DNA from: Bythopirellula sp. | Lineage (GTDB): Bacteria > Planctomycetota > Planctomycetia > Pirellulales > Lacipirellulaceae | Reading direction: 5' to 3' | NCBI GenBank assembly: GCA_965216565.1 | Contig: OZ244170.1 | Coordinates: forward strand, 1,056,001 to 1,120,000 | Length of the DNA stretch: 64,000 nt | Shown here: positions 30,378 to 40,686 of the stretch, piece by piece | Numbering within the stretch: position 1 is the first letter of the stretch | How the letters are laid out: each line of letters starts with the position of its first letter | The notes under the pieces: generated by a model | Database searches by the model: none | What the model was told of the DNA's origin: nothing | The model's input: the letters and a program-made list of their open reading frames with translations, nothing else | Made by a program: the position numbers and the translations under genes

Positions 30378-31919
30378 TCAGTTCGGTTTGTCTCGGGGAT
30401 CAGTCAATGAATCGCGATGGCCTGTCCAGGTGGATGCGGCTTCCATCACTCCTCCCGGCGTTGTCTCATGGTCTCTGCCAATGGGCTCCGGTCCATGGGA
30501 TATCTTCTGATGCAAGACGAACACCCAGACAAAAAATAGCAAAATATAGATCGCACCGAACATGATAATCGAACCGACTACCTGTTCGCCGCTGATAACC
30601 GCCGACACGCCATCGGTGGTCCGCAAACCTTCAGTTTCCTGGTAACGGAAATGGCCCGCAGCATCGACAATTGGCTCGCCCTGTTCGTCCGTTTCCAGAG
30701 GGGCGTAGACGATCCACGGCTGGCGCCCGACTTCTGCGGATACCCACCCCGCTTCGTTCGCAACAAATGCTGGGATCACCGAACCGACAAACACCCACAT
30801 CAACCAACGTTTTTCAAACAAAGCTCCTCGCCAGCGTAAGAATGAGCCAATGACAGTCAATGCAGCAAAGAACACACCAATGCCAATCATTAAGTGATAG
30901 CTGAAGAACGAAATCGCGATCGGCGGACGGTCTTCTTCGCGAAACTTATCAAGACCAATCACAGGCTCGTCAGCATCGCCAAAGAGCAGCAGGCTTAGTC
31001 CACCGGGGATCGAAACATTCCCACGAATCGTCTCGGCTTCTTCGTCTGGGAATCCGAGAATGCTCAAGTCGCCCGGTCCCGTGTGGAAATGCCCTTCGAA
31101 TGCGGCCATCTTTACTGGCTGTGTTTCGTAAACATTCTGGGCCTGCATGTGTCCACTGACAAACATCGCCAAGCTGGAGACCGTCGCCAGAATCAAGGCG
31201 CCCGTAAACGAGCGGCGAGCAAAGTCTTCGTGCCTTTTATGCAGGATGTACCAGGCCGAGATGCTCATGATGAACGCAGCGCCGAGGATAAAGCAGCCGA
31301 TCCAGACATGTACTAATCGGTGTATCGAGGAGGGGTTGAACACCATTGCCCAAAAGTCGGTGATCTCTGCCCGACGGATGACCTCGCCGGCGACAACCCA
31401 CGGCTCGCCGTCCCGGGTCATCTCCACAATATGATGCCCTGTGGGAGTTTGCTGCCAACTATTGGCAATCGTGATCCACACCGAGCTAAAGATCGAACCA
31501 AGGGATACCATGAGCGTGGCAAAGAAGTGGAACTTCGGCCCGACGCGATCCCAGCCAAACACAAGGACAGAAAGAAAACCGGACTCGAGGAAGAATGCAA
31601 AAATCCCCTCGGCGGCCAGTGCAGAACCGAATACATCGCCGACAAACCGAGAGTAGGCAGCCCAATTGGTTCCAAATTCGAACTCCATCACGATGCCAGT
31701 CGCCACGCCAAGGGCAAAATTCACCGCGAAGATCTTGGTCCAAAAACGGGCCGCTTGCTCGTAGACCGGTTCCTTGGTCTTGAGATACATCCCTTCCAGA
31801 TAAACGAGCACCACTCCCATACCAATCGTGAGCGGCGGGAACAGGTAGTGAAACATGATGGTCAGCGCAAACTGAATGCGAGACAGCATCACGACGTCGA
31901 GTTCAGCAAAGAGATACAT
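30378..31919 (-). CDS. cydA: Cytochrome bd ubiquinol oxidase subunit I
   Basis: [60 protein letters not shown]. Confidence 0.97.
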   Translation of the reverse strand: MYLFAELDVVMLSRIQFALTIMFHYLFPPLTIGMGVVLVYLEGMYLKTKEPVYEQAARFWTKIFAVNFALGVATGIVMEFEFGTNWAAYSRFVGDVFGSALAAEGIFAFFLESGFLSVLVFGWDRVGPKFHFFATLMVSLGSIFSSVWITIANSWQQTPTGHHIVEMTRDGEPWVVAGEVIRRAEITDFWAMVFNPSSIHRLVHVWIGCFILGAAFIMSISAWYILHKRHEDFARRSFTGALILATVSSLAMFVSGHMQAQNVYETQPVKMAAFEGHFHTGPGDLSILGFPDEEAETIRGNVSIPGGLSLLLFGDADEPVIGLDKFREEDRPPIAISFFSYHLMIGIGVFFAALTVIGSFLRWRGALFEKRWLMWVFVGSVIPAFVANEAGWVSAEVGRQPWIVYAPLETDEQGEPIVDAAGHFRYQETEGLRTTDGVSAVISGEQVVGSIIMFGAIYILLFFVWVFVLHQKISHGPEPIGRDHETTPGGVMEAASTWTGHRDSLTDPRDKPN

Positions 31920-32000
31920 GAAGTCGCCCGGGTTTTGTCTCCGTGGTAAAACCAACGCACTATTCTAAATCTAACCGAGGAATTCTCGCCGATGTAACCC

Positions 32001-33101
32001 CTAGCTATCCAAAGGCACCGCTCCGAGCTTGTCGACTGTGCCGGGGAGGATCGGTTCGCCGGAATGCGAGCTGGCAACAGCGGCAAAACAGAGCTCCAAA
32101 CTCCGCAGATTATTGCGTGCACTGTGCGAAGGCTGCCTATTTTCTGCGATGGCCAGCAGAAGCTCTGCCATCGTGCCGTGAAATCCGCCGGGAAACCAAC
32201 TTCCAGATAACTTGGGCGAGAAGCTTCCCTCTTCGTTCTCCACATAGACAGTCTGGGTCTTGTTATCCGTTCCCGAGCAGCGGATGATGCCCCGACTGCC
32301 GGTGACGACCGTCGTTTCCCACCCGCCTTGCGGCACGTGCGCATCGAAAGCCAGCGACACCTGCGCGTTCGGGTATTCCACCACCACCTGAGCCAACAGA
32401 GGTGGTTCGATCTTTTGCGAAGGGGATTTGGCGACGCTGGCGTACACGCTCTGCGGTTGCTGATCGCCCATCACGGTCGTCACAAAGTCAAACCAGTGGA
32501 TGGCAAAGTCGTACAGAATAAGATCTTCGATTTTCGCAAACTCAGTCCCCTCTACCCAACTATGATCCCAATGAACGCCGCAGTGGAGGCCGAGTACATC
32601 GCCAATCAGGCCCGCCCGGACTGCTTCGCGTGTGTAACTGAAATGTGGTGCCCAGCGGGCGTTCTGATTCACCGCCAGCAGTACGCCCTGCTCGTCCGCC
32701 AAATCGGCAAGGCGTCTCCCAGTCTCCAGGTCGAGCACATACGGTTTTTGGCTGAGAACATGCTTGTCGGCATGAAGAGCGTCTTCGATGAGGGCGGCGC
32801 GAACCTCTGGGTGCGTGGCAATGTCGACAACTTCTAGAGATTCGATCTTTAGCAGGGCCCGGTGATCGTCGAAGACTTCGGCACTGGGATAGTATTCGTC
32901 GCGGCGTTGTTTTGCCGAGTCCAGGTCAACATCGCATAGGGCCACGATTTCGTAGCCGGCGTCGCGGTAAGCCTGGAGGTGGTAATCCGTAATTCCGCCG
33001 CAGCCGATTAGCCCGATCGGAGGCCGATACGATTCCGGGTCTTTCGGCTGATATTGGATTTGAGGGAGGATCGATGAGATCTCATCTCGGCTGCTGGCCA
33101 T
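32001..33101 (-). CDS. Gfo/Idh/MocA family oxidoreductase
   Basis: IGLIGCGGI, HVLSQKP, VNQNARW, DFAIHWFD. Confidence 0.92.
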   Translation of the reverse strand: MASSRDEISSILPQIQYQPKDPESYRPPIGLIGCGGITDYHLQAYRDAGYEIVALCDVDLDSAKQRRDEYYPSAEVFDDHRALLKIESLEVVDIATHPEVRAALIEDALHADKHVLSQKPYVLDLETGRRLADLADEQGVLLAVNQNARWAPHFSYTREAVRAGLIGDVLGLHCGVHWDHSWVEGTEFAKIEDLILYDFAIHWFDFVTTVMGDQQPQSVYASVAKSPSQKIEPPLLAQVVVEYPNAQVSLAFDAHVPQGGWETTVVTGSRGIIRCSGTDNKTQTVYVENEEGSFSPKLSGSWFPGGFHGTMAELLLAIAENRQPSHSARNNLRSLELCFAAVASSHSGEPILPGTVDKLGAVPLDS

Positions 33102-33403
33102 GGGGAAGATATCGAATCGTTGTGGGCATGTCGATTGTCAAAAGGAAGGTCGTCAGCAGCATACCAGCATCCGAACCAGATTTCTACGATTGGTCGAGCG
33201 GCCGATACGTGGGGTATATCCACCCCTTTTGAATTTGAAACTGACTCCTCCGACTCATATACAATGTCGACATCAAAGAACGGTTCATGGCTGTCAGGAA
33301 GTGGCGGTTGAAAAATATGGCTAATGCGTTACCGTGGAGGTCTGTAAATCCTGCATTTCACCAGCCTCTAGGCTTGGAAACTCTATAAGAATCAAATATC
33401 TCC

Positions 33404-33787
33404 ATGGCAAAAAAGTCTGAGAGTAAGAATAAACGCATTCTGCTAGTCGACGATGATGCCGAAATCATCGAATCTTTGCGACTTGCGCTCGAAGCCCACG
33501 ACTATGAAGTCCTGATCGCCCGCGACGGCAATCAGGGGCTCGCACTCATCGAGCGAGAGACGCCCGACCTCGTAATTCTGGACATGATGATGCCCAAGCG
33601 GAGCGGCTTTCTTGTGCTGGAACGCCTTAAGAGAATGGGCGAGAAAAAGCACCGCATCATCATGATCACCGCCAACGAAGGTGCCCGGCACAAAGCCTAC
33701 GCCGAAATGCTCGGCGTCGACGACTACGTCCGCAAACCCTTCCCGATGGATCGACTGATTCAAAGCGTACAGCGGTTGTTAGGGTGA
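33404..33787 (+). CDS. Single-domain response regulator
   Basis: ILLVDDD, PDLVILDMMMPKRSG, MITA, YVRKPF. Confidence 0.95.
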   Translation: MAKKSESKNKRILLVDDDAEIIESLRLALEAHDYEVLIARDGNQGLALIERETPDLVILDMMMPKRSGFLVLERLKRMGEKKHRIIMITANEGARHKAYAEMLGVDDYVRKPFPMDRLIQSVQRLLG

Positions 33788-33863
33788 GGCTTTGAGGCTG
33801 GAAACTTCGAGGCGGTAGGTCAAGGCCATAGACCTCGAGTCGCGATTTGTGAGTGTTTAGATC

Positions 33864-34220
33864 ATGCGAGATCATCGCAAGCTACGTGCATTTCAGCTGG
33901 CTGACGAACTCGTAATAGAAGTCTACAAAGCCACTAAATTGTTACCTCGCGAAGAACAATTTGGGCTCACAAGCCAGATGCGGCGATGCTCAGTCTCTAT
34001 CCCATCGAATATTGTCGAAGGTTATGCTAAAGAATCCCTAGGGGACTATGTGCGATTTTTGAACATAGCCTATGGTTCGTCTCGGGAGCTTGAATACCAA
34101 ATCTCGATTTGTTCTAGATTGGGATACCTCGACAGTGAAAAGACACTTTCTCTCAATAGGCTAGTCATCGAGACATGTAAGGTCCTAGCGGGACTGATCA
34201 AATCGTTGAGAAAAAACTAG
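33864..34220 (+). CDS. Four helix bundle protein (23S rRNA-IVP family)
   Basis: EEQFGLTSQMRRCSVSIPSNIVEG, FLNIAYGSSRELEYQ. Confidence 0.93.
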   Translation: MRDHRKLRAFQLADELVIEVYKATKLLPREEQFGLTSQMRRCSVSIPSNIVEGYAKESLGDYVRFLNIAYGSSRELEYQISICSRLGYLDSEKTLSLNRLVIETCKVLAGLIKSLRKN

Positions 34221-34282
34221 GCCCAAATTGGAGGCTTCAGCTAACCCTCCTCCAGCCTCGAAGTCTACCGCCTCCAGCCTCC

Positions 34283-35026
34283 TCAACCCATCGCAATCGT
34301 CCGTGCCAGTGGTTGCAGGATTGAGTCGATCACGTAGTCATCGAGCACTTCGTGGCACAGTTCGTTGAGCCTTTCGATCGTGCCGAGGTAGCTTTGGTCA
34401 GCGGCCAGGCTGCCGTATTGGCGGGCGGTGACGTAGACGCTGATCTGCTCTTCCTGATACTCGCCGGTGCGAATCTGATAGGCGTTCGAGCGAGATTCTA
34501 GACTGATGCGACATTGCAGTCGGCAATTCTCGTCGAGTGAGAAAGTGAAGTTCGGCTCGTAATTAATTGCCGTGGCTCCAGGCATGTGCATGAACTTTTC
34601 GAATGCAGGGCACAATCCTAGTGCTTCGGCGATCAGCTGGTTGTGATTGCCGCGATACGAGAAATCGAAGCCAATCAGTAGATCCAAGGCTTCGCAATCC
34701 ATAGGGCTTATCGACAGGGCATACGGTGCGACTTCCAATGCATGTCGATGCTGATCGAGCACGCTTTCCATCGATTCTGGATTCACCTGGCCAGAACAAA
34801 CGCGGCGTGCTTCGACCGTGCACCAGCGATAGTTTCCCTTGTCTTTATCTTCTTCGAGAATAAAGTCGTGTTTGTCACGAGAGTAAAAGTTTCGCATCTC
34901 CGGATACTTTTTCTGCATCTGTTCGAAGTAGTGCAGAACAGTCTCGCGATTGCTGGGAAGCTCCATCTCCGTGCTGAGATTCATGTTGACGTAAAAGTCG
35001 TCGGATAGCGAACTATAGGGATTCAT
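34283..35026 (-). CDS. Hypothetical protein
   Basis: Clean 247-aa ORF with globular composition; no family recognised. Confidence 0.75.
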   Translation of the reverse strand: MNPYSSLSDDFYVNMNLSTEMELPSNRETVLHYFEQMQKKYPEMRNFYSRDKHDFILEEDKDKGNYRWCTVEARRVCSGQVNPESMESVLDQHRHALEVAPYALSISPMDCEALDLLIGFDFSYRGNHNQLIAEALGLCPAFEKFMHMPGATAINYEPNFTFSLDENCRLQCRISLESRSNAYQIRTGEYQEEQISVYVTARQYGSLAADQSYLGTIERLNELCHEVLDDYVIDSILQPLARTIAMG

Positions 35027-35300
35027 CGAATAAATAATTCCTCAAGCGGGCGAATAATAAACGGCCAATGCCCAGACGGTATTATGTTCCCAGTGCGTGT
35101 GAAAAGTACAGGACCCTAGCATGAGGGGCCTAGTCGACGGCTGCTTGCAGTAGCTTGCCAGAGGCTGGGAACTGGCCTCTACCTATGGTATGGTCAGCAG
35201 CATGGAATCTGTCAACATTTCGGGAGGCAATTTGTCTTCCAAATGCATCCCCATGTTCAGGCATTGGCAGTAAGGATAAACAGCGTTAAGGAGCGATGAT

Positions 35301-35831
35301 ATGCAAACTATTACGTTTCAAACCGACTTGGGAGCGACTGCGATCGCGTGTTCGGGTCAAAAGGTTGTAGCACTAACTTTTGGCCATTCTACCGAGTCGG
35401 CCGCATTGAGAGCCCTTCAGCGCCGCGTTAATGATAGCGCTTCGAATTCCTCAGTGCCCGTTGAACAAGAACTTGAGCTAGAGGATTTGATCGATCGTTT
35501 GCAGGCGTTCGCTCAGGGAGAACCTGACGCCTTTTCCGATATCGAGGTGGACGACAGTTATGGAACAAATTTTCAATGCCGCGTGCTGAAAGCATGCCGA
35601 GCTATTCCCTATGGGGAAACCCGAACTTACGGACAGCTAGCGAAAGCTGCCGGTCGTCCCGGAGCGGCGCGGGCCGTGGGATCTGTGATGTCCGGAAATC
35701 GCGTACCGCTGATTGTGCCCTGTCACCGTGTTGTGCCTTCATCCGGAGGCTTGGGTGGATTCTCTGCGCCACAGGGAGTAAAGATGAAACGCCGCTTGCT
35801 CGACCTGGAGCAGTCGCCCGTTGCCGTGTGA
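35301..35831 (+). CDS. ogt: Methylated-DNA--protein-cysteine methyltransferase
   Basis: IPYGETRTYGQLA, ARAVG, IVPCHRVV; RBS AAGGAG. Confidence 0.93.
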   Translation: MQTITFQTDLGATAIACSGQKVVALTFGHSTESAALRALQRRVNDSASNSSVPVEQELELEDLIDRLQAFAQGEPDAFSDIEVDDSYGTNFQCRVLKACRAIPYGETRTYGQLAKAAGRPGAARAVGSVMSGNRVPLIVPCHRVVPSSGGLGGFSAPQGVKMKRRLLDLEQSPVAV

Positions 35832-35857
35832 CGAGTGCAAGCCGAACGCGCTAGTTG

Positions 35858-35927
35858 CACCCGTAGCTGGATTCGCAAACATTCAGCAGGGCGAACTTCT
35901 GAATTCTTGCGAATCCAGCTACGGGTG
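35858..35927. repeat. GTAG-type REP doublet
   Basis: 21-bp perfect inverted repeat CACCCGTAGCTGGATTCGCAA/TTGCGAATCCAGCTACGGGTG between convergent genes. Confidence 0.85.
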
Positions 35928-35941
35928 ATTTGGATTTAGCG

Positions 35942-38900
35942 CTAAGCCGCTTCCAGCGAACGACAGTGCTGAGCCAATTCAATCCAACGGCTAATGCGTT
36001 TGGCCGAAGGTGCTTCTGCGGAGCGTAGGATACGTTGTCCCTGCTTCGTCTCGCAAAACTCTTGCACGCGTGAAATCAGTTCCGTCGGATCAAACGATGA
36101 GATCTCATTTGGCTTGGTCAACCCGCAGGCCACCAAGAGCATTGCACCATACCCGTGCAGTTCAGGAATTTGGCACACAAGCCGTGCTTGATTTTGCCAT
36201 TCGAGAATTGTCTTGCTGCGGATGTGTCGGGTATCGAGCAATTCTGCTGTGGACTCTGGATCGGCTTCCAGCAGGTCGTTAACGGTGTGGATGCCCACCT
36301 TGGCCAGTCGCTCTGCAGTCTTGGGTCCGATAGAAGGTGCCGCTTCAACATCACTCGAAAGTTCGAGATGGAATCGCCATTCATGACTTTGCCGGTCTGA
36401 TCCATTGCTGCTCGTGCGACGAGCATCGCCATTTCTTCGCGAGCGCGATCCGTTGCTGCGCGAGCGATTACCTCGTGATGCATTGCGTCGCGAAGAATTG
36501 CTGGACGAACTAGCGCCCCGACGAGAGCTTCTTTCGCGGGCTCCACCAGCCGCATAAATCCAGTCGTCGGTGCGGCTACGTGAATAGCGACTTCGATTTG
36601 TCTCAAAACGACCGTTGCGTTCAGACTCCAGGAAACTTGAAATCAAAGTCCACAGGTCTCCCGTATGGGCGTGCCGCAAGTCGTGCGGCGACATGATTCC
36701 CACCGCGGTTAGCAATTGGGCATCGTTCAGCGTTAGCTCAGGCACTTCGCACAACAGCCGCATGTGCGATTGCCACAGCGAGACGGTTGCTTCGGAAATG
36801 TCATCACGATCAAGCCGTCTGGCGATCGTCTTAGCATCGGCGTCGAGCAGATCGCCCACCGTATGGATTTCCAGTCGCGAGAAAACCGTGGCGGTGTCTT
36901 TTCCTAACACGGGGAACTCATTCAGCGAGCTGTGTGTCGATAGATAAAATACAGCTTCAATGTTGCCTGCTCCGTGTCCCGAAGCGAGTCTCAAGCCGGG
37001 ACTTTGCTCCCCATCGAACGTCTCACGAACAAGACGAGAGGACTTCTTTTTCACGGAGGTTGTTCGCGGCACGGGTGCTAGAGCTTCCCTGCCGAGTTCA
37101 ACAATGTGTGTGCTCAGAGATTCAAACGAATCGAGAGCCCGGGAATGGTCGGTAAGGAGCAAAACTTGATGTCCGGCTCTGCCGAAGCGATCAAGAACTC
37201 CCGCCATCACTGCCGCGTCAGCTGGGTCTTGCCGCAAGAAGGGCTCATCGAGCACCAGCGGTAGAGTCACGCCCTGCGTCGCAAAGGAACTGACAAGGCT
37301 CAATGTGAGTGCCAGGTAGAGTTGATCTCGCTCAGCCGGCTTGAGCGAGCCGGCATGGTGCGCTTGCCGTTGTTTGTCGACCACTCGAATCGTTTGCTGA
37401 TCTCGACTCAGACGCACCTGGGCAAACTTACCATTGGTGAGTTGCGCGAAGATATCTGAAACAGTCCAATGGTCAGCAAAACCTTGGGCCGGATCAAGAA
37501 CCTGCACATCCAGAGCCTGCTTGAGCAGGGATTCCAGTCGATCGATTTCCGCCCTGTCGGCTTCAATGGAAGAGCCTTCCACCAAACCAGCGCGCTCTTC
37601 TTGTAGTCGTTTCCAAGTAGTTTCGAGCTGCACAACCTCACGACCCAAGGCGGAAAGCTGGTTCAAAAGTTGGTAGCGATCTCGTTCGAGTAGGCCCCGC
37701 ATTTCTGCAGCGTCAGACTCGTTGGCCCAGTTGGCATCGCGGTGGCTTGCGGAAACATGGTGCCCATGTTGTTCGCAGTCGCAGTAATCCACAACGGGCG
37801 ACGTAGGAGTGACGGGACCCGCATAGTGAGGCGTGCGGGCAGACTCCAAGAGTGCTTCCCTATTGGTCAGCAGTTGCTCCAAACGGTCGGCCAACTCGAT
37901 CTGCACTCGATTCAGTTGGTGCAGTTCGTTCTGCACTGCTTGACGTTTTGCATTTCGCTGCTGTTCGGAAATCTGTCCGCACAGGCTGTAAACTTGTTTG
38001 CGGAGTAGTTCAGCAATGGGCGAAAAACGTGCGTGGGCATCTTCCTCAATCGAATGTTGCGACTGGGTTGTGCGGGCCAATTGGGCGACTTCGCTATCGA
38101 GGTCGTCAATCAATCGCTCCAGAACTCCAACAGTCCGCCGACTCTCAGCAAGAGCCGTAACGCGCGGGGCAGAGCCATCTGCCGTTAACTTGGCGAGTTC
38201 CGTATGCAGGTTGGCAGAGCGTGCCTGAGTATCGGTTAGGGTTTGACGACAGCGGAGGATTTCTTCGTCGAGTTCCCGGAGCTGGCGTTCATGCTCGTCT
38301 GTGCAGTGGTGCGAGGGGCGAGTTGAATGTTGATCGAGTGAATGGTAACGCAACGTGGTATCGAGGCGTGAAAGCTTCGATTCAACGTCTTGCAGCTGCG
38401 ATTGAAGCTCGTCGATCTGTTGGCGGCGGTTCTTGAGTGCTGCATCGACTTGGGCGGCTTCCTGCTCCAAGAGGTGACTATCGCGTCGGCCTGCGTGCAT
38501 GCGCTCTTCTAGCTGTTGGGCGATCGCATTGCGACGTCGTACGAGTTCTTCTACCCGCTGTTTATCGATTGGCTTATGGGCTACCGCGTTTCGATTCTCG
38601 TGCGGAAGCTGTGCGCCTAGGTATTGGGCAAACGGCGAGTCCAGCAGCAGCAAAGGATCTGGGGCAGATTGAAAATCGACGGCCAACAGGTTGGCGGCGC
38701 TCTTCAAGGGCAAGTCGCCTAACGCCGAGTGCAGCCAACGTGTGTCGGTGTGCTGGCCATCGGTGCCGGAGACAAACAGTTGGCTGCCTCCCTGACCGTG
38801 GTTCTTTCGTTCGAGCACATAGTCATTCGCATCTTTGCATACAAGGAGCGTTCCGCTCGCTACGGCGTCCTCGGGACGTACTCGAAATCGATGCGCCGAC

Positions 38901-39058
38901 TCGGTTTTGCCATAGAGAAGGTGGGCGATGAGCCCTGCCAGGGCACTTTTGCCGCCACGATTGCCAGAGTGAATTACGTTTAGGCCTGGTACGAGTCCGT
39001 CGAGGGAAACCTGGGGACAAGCGCCATTGCCGGTGAGATTGATTCCTGTAATTTTCAT
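35942..39058 (-). CDS. SMC/Rad50/YhaN-like coiled-coil ATPase-fold protein fused to two DUF4332 (HhH-like) domains
   Basis: MKITGI...GLNVIHSGNRGGKS, long coiled coil, ERDQLYLAL, LPLVLDEPF; two C-terminal repeats (LGKDTA...WQSHMRLLCEVP; IGPKTAERL...WQNQARLVCQIP). Confidence 0.8.
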   Translation of the reverse strand: MKITGINLTGNGACPQVSLDGLVPGLNVIHSGNRGGKSALAGLIAHLLYGKTESAHRFRVRPEDAVASGTLLVCKDANDYVLERKNHGQGGSQLFVSGTDGQHTDTRWLHSALGDLPLKSAANLLAVDFQSAPDPLLLLDSPFAQYLGAQLPHENRNAVAHKPIDKQRVEELVRRRNAIAQQLEERMHAGRRDSHLLEQEAAQVDAALKNRRQQIDELQSQLQDVESKLSRLDTTLRYHSLDQHSTRPSHHCTDEHERQLRELDEEILRCRQTLTDTQARSANLHTELAKLTADGSAPRVTALAESRRTVGVLERLIDDLDSEVAQLARTTQSQHSIEEDAHARFSPIAELLRKQVYSLCGQISEQQRNAKRQAVQNELHQLNRVQIELADRLEQLLTNREALLESARTPHYAGPVTPTSPVVDYCDCEQHGHHVSASHRDANWANESDAAEMRGLLERDRYQLLNQLSALGREVVQLETTWKRLQEERAGLVEGSSIEADRAEIDRLESLLKQALDVQVLDPAQGFADHWTVSDIFAQLTNGKFAQVRLSRDQQTIRVVDKQRQAHHAGSLKPAERDQLYLALTLSLVSSFATQGVTLPLVLDEPFLRQDPADAAVMAGVLDRFGRAGHQVLLLTDHSRALDSFESLSTHIVELGREALAPVPRTTSVKKKSSRLVRETFDGEQSPGLRLASGHGAGNIEAVFYLSTHSSLNEFPVLGKDTATVFSRLEIHTVGDLLDADAKTIARRLDRDDISEATVSLWQSHMRLLCEVPELTLNDAQLLTAVGIMSPHDLRHAHTGDLWTLISSFLESERNGRFETNRSRYSRSRTDDWIYAAGGARERSSRRGASSSSNSSRRNASRGNRSRSNGSRSRRNGDARRTSSNGSDRQSHEWRFHLELSSDVEAAPSIGPKTAERLAKVGIHTVNDLLEADPESTAELLDTRHIRSKTILEWQNQARLVCQIPELHGYGAMLLVACGLTKPNEISSFDPTELISRVQEFCETKQGQRILRSAEAPSAKRISRWIELAQHCRSLEAA

Positions 39059-39292
39059 CCGTGTGCATCCTTGCGGGAGAAATTGGTGTTTTCGAAACAG
39101 TCGTCTGGGATTAATAACTGTTTGAGCAGAAAAAATAGCCCAAAAACGATATTTCGACAACATGAATCTAGCATTGCTAGCTGAGCTGATGTCTGATCGA
39201 ATGCTGCGATATGCAGCGATTGTCGTAACATCGCGAGCCGTGGCGTCTTCGCCCACGGCAGGCCATTCACTCAACCGATACATCAGAAAGCC

Positions 39293-40417
39293 GTGGACAA
39301 AAGCAACCACTTCGATTCGATCGTGATTGGTGTGGGTGGCGTGGGTAGCGCAGCCCTGTGGCAACTTGCGAGCCGCGGCGAACGCGTGCTGGGCCTCGAT
39401 CAGTTTCAGCCGCCGCACAAGCAGGGGAGTTCGCACGGGCAGACGCGCATCATCCGTCAGGCCTACTTCGAGCACCCCAATTACACGCCATTGCTCTTAG
39501 ATGTCTACAACCAGTGGCAGGAACTTAGCGAGCAAACGAGTCGCCAACTCTATCACGAAGTGGGCGTTTTGCAGATCGGGCCTTCCGAGGGCGAGGTCAT
39601 CCAGGGAGTGACGCTCTCTTCGCAGACGCACCAGCTCCACATCGAAGAGCTCTCCGCCGCCGACATCTCCCAACGCTGGCCAGTGCTGCGTGTGCCCGAG
39701 GAATTGGTCGGCGTGTACGAACCGCGCGCCGGCTACCTGCATGTCGAACAGTGTGTGCAGGCGCAGTTAGATGCGGCTGCGAGCGCTGGCGCCGAGCTGC
39801 GAACCGACGTCGAAGTGCAAGCCTGGCAACCTGGGCCGCCGGTTCGCATAGCGACCACTGCCGGTGATTTCCAATCAGATCGCCTCGTTATTGCTGCCGG
39901 AGCCTGGGCAGCCAGCCTGTTACACGATCTCGGATTGCAACTTGAAGTCCGTCGTAAAAGCATGTTCTGGTACGAGCCCGCCAATGAGGCTAGGTCCGAC
40001 TATCAGGACGTTCCCTGCTTCCTCTACGAGCTGCCGGCAGGGGTCTACTACGGACTTCCCAGGCATGACCGGCGCGGCGTCAAACTCGCAGAGCATTCTG
40101 GCGGAAACGTTGTGAAAGATCTCGCGACTGTGCCTAGAGAAGTGGACCCCACCGACGTCGAGCGCTTGCGCTCTTTCTCGCAGCAATATCTGCATGGACT
40201 TCCGCCGACGCATCGAGATCACGAAGTGTGCATGTACACGATGAGCCGCGACGGGCACTTCATCGTCGATCGGCATCCACAGCACCCGCATGTGGCACTG
40301 GCAGCGGGGCTATCGGGTCACGGGTTCAAGTTCACCCCGATCCTCGGCAAAGCCCTGGCCGACTTGGTGCTGGAAGGCCGCACCGCTATGCCGATCGACT
40401 TCTTGAGGTTGCGTTGA
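39293..40417 (+). CDS. solA: Monomeric sarcosine/N-methyltryptophan/pipecolate oxidase family flavoprotein
   Basis: IVIGVGGVGSA, GSSHGQTRIIR, CMYT (covalent-FAD Cys), GLSGHGFKF. Confidence 0.88.
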   Translation: MDKSNHFDSIVIGVGGVGSAALWQLASRGERVLGLDQFQPPHKQGSSHGQTRIIRQAYFEHPNYTPLLLDVYNQWQELSEQTSRQLYHEVGVLQIGPSEGEVIQGVTLSSQTHQLHIEELSAADISQRWPVLRVPEELVGVYEPRAGYLHVEQCVQAQLDAAASAGAELRTDVEVQAWQPGPPVRIATTAGDFQSDRLVIAAGAWAASLLHDLGLQLEVRRKSMFWYEPANEARSDYQDVPCFLYELPAGVYYGLPRHDRRGVKLAEHSGGNVVKDLATVPREVDPTDVERLRSFSQQYLHGLPPTHRDHEVCMYTMSRDGHFIVDRHPQHPHVALAAGLSGHGFKFTPILGKALADLVLEGRTAMPIDFLRLR

Positions 40418-40481
40418 TTAGGCAGCGCCTTGCCGCGAGTCGAAAAACAGGGACTGGCTCGACGCTGAATAGAAGACAGAA

Positions 40482-40576
40482 GTAGGGTGGGCCACAGCGC
40501 AGCGACGGCCCACCGTCCCGGCAAGTTTTAAGCGAGTGAAATCGGTGGGCTGCCGCTCCGCTTTAGCCCACCCTAC
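40482..40576. repeat. GTAG-type REP doublet
   Basis: GTAGGGTGGGCC...GGCCCACC and GGTGGGC...AGCCCACCCTAC. Confidence 0.8.
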
Positions 40577-40686
40577 GCATGATAGTGGCAACAAACTTGC
40601 CATTGCGTCAGTGCTCGTGGGTTTTCAACACATAGTTTCGCAATCACGAGCCATTCCCCATTCCAAGTTCACAGAACGCCGTAGTA

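Noticed and set aside
33864..34220. Diversity-generating retroelement suggested by the Avd-like four-helix bundle
   Set aside because: No reverse transcriptase and no template/variable repeat pair seen in the window.
39059..39475. 139-aa N-terminal extension of the 1177-aa ORF
   Set aside because: It overlaps solA on the opposite strand; the ATPase-like fold begins at MKITGI (39058).
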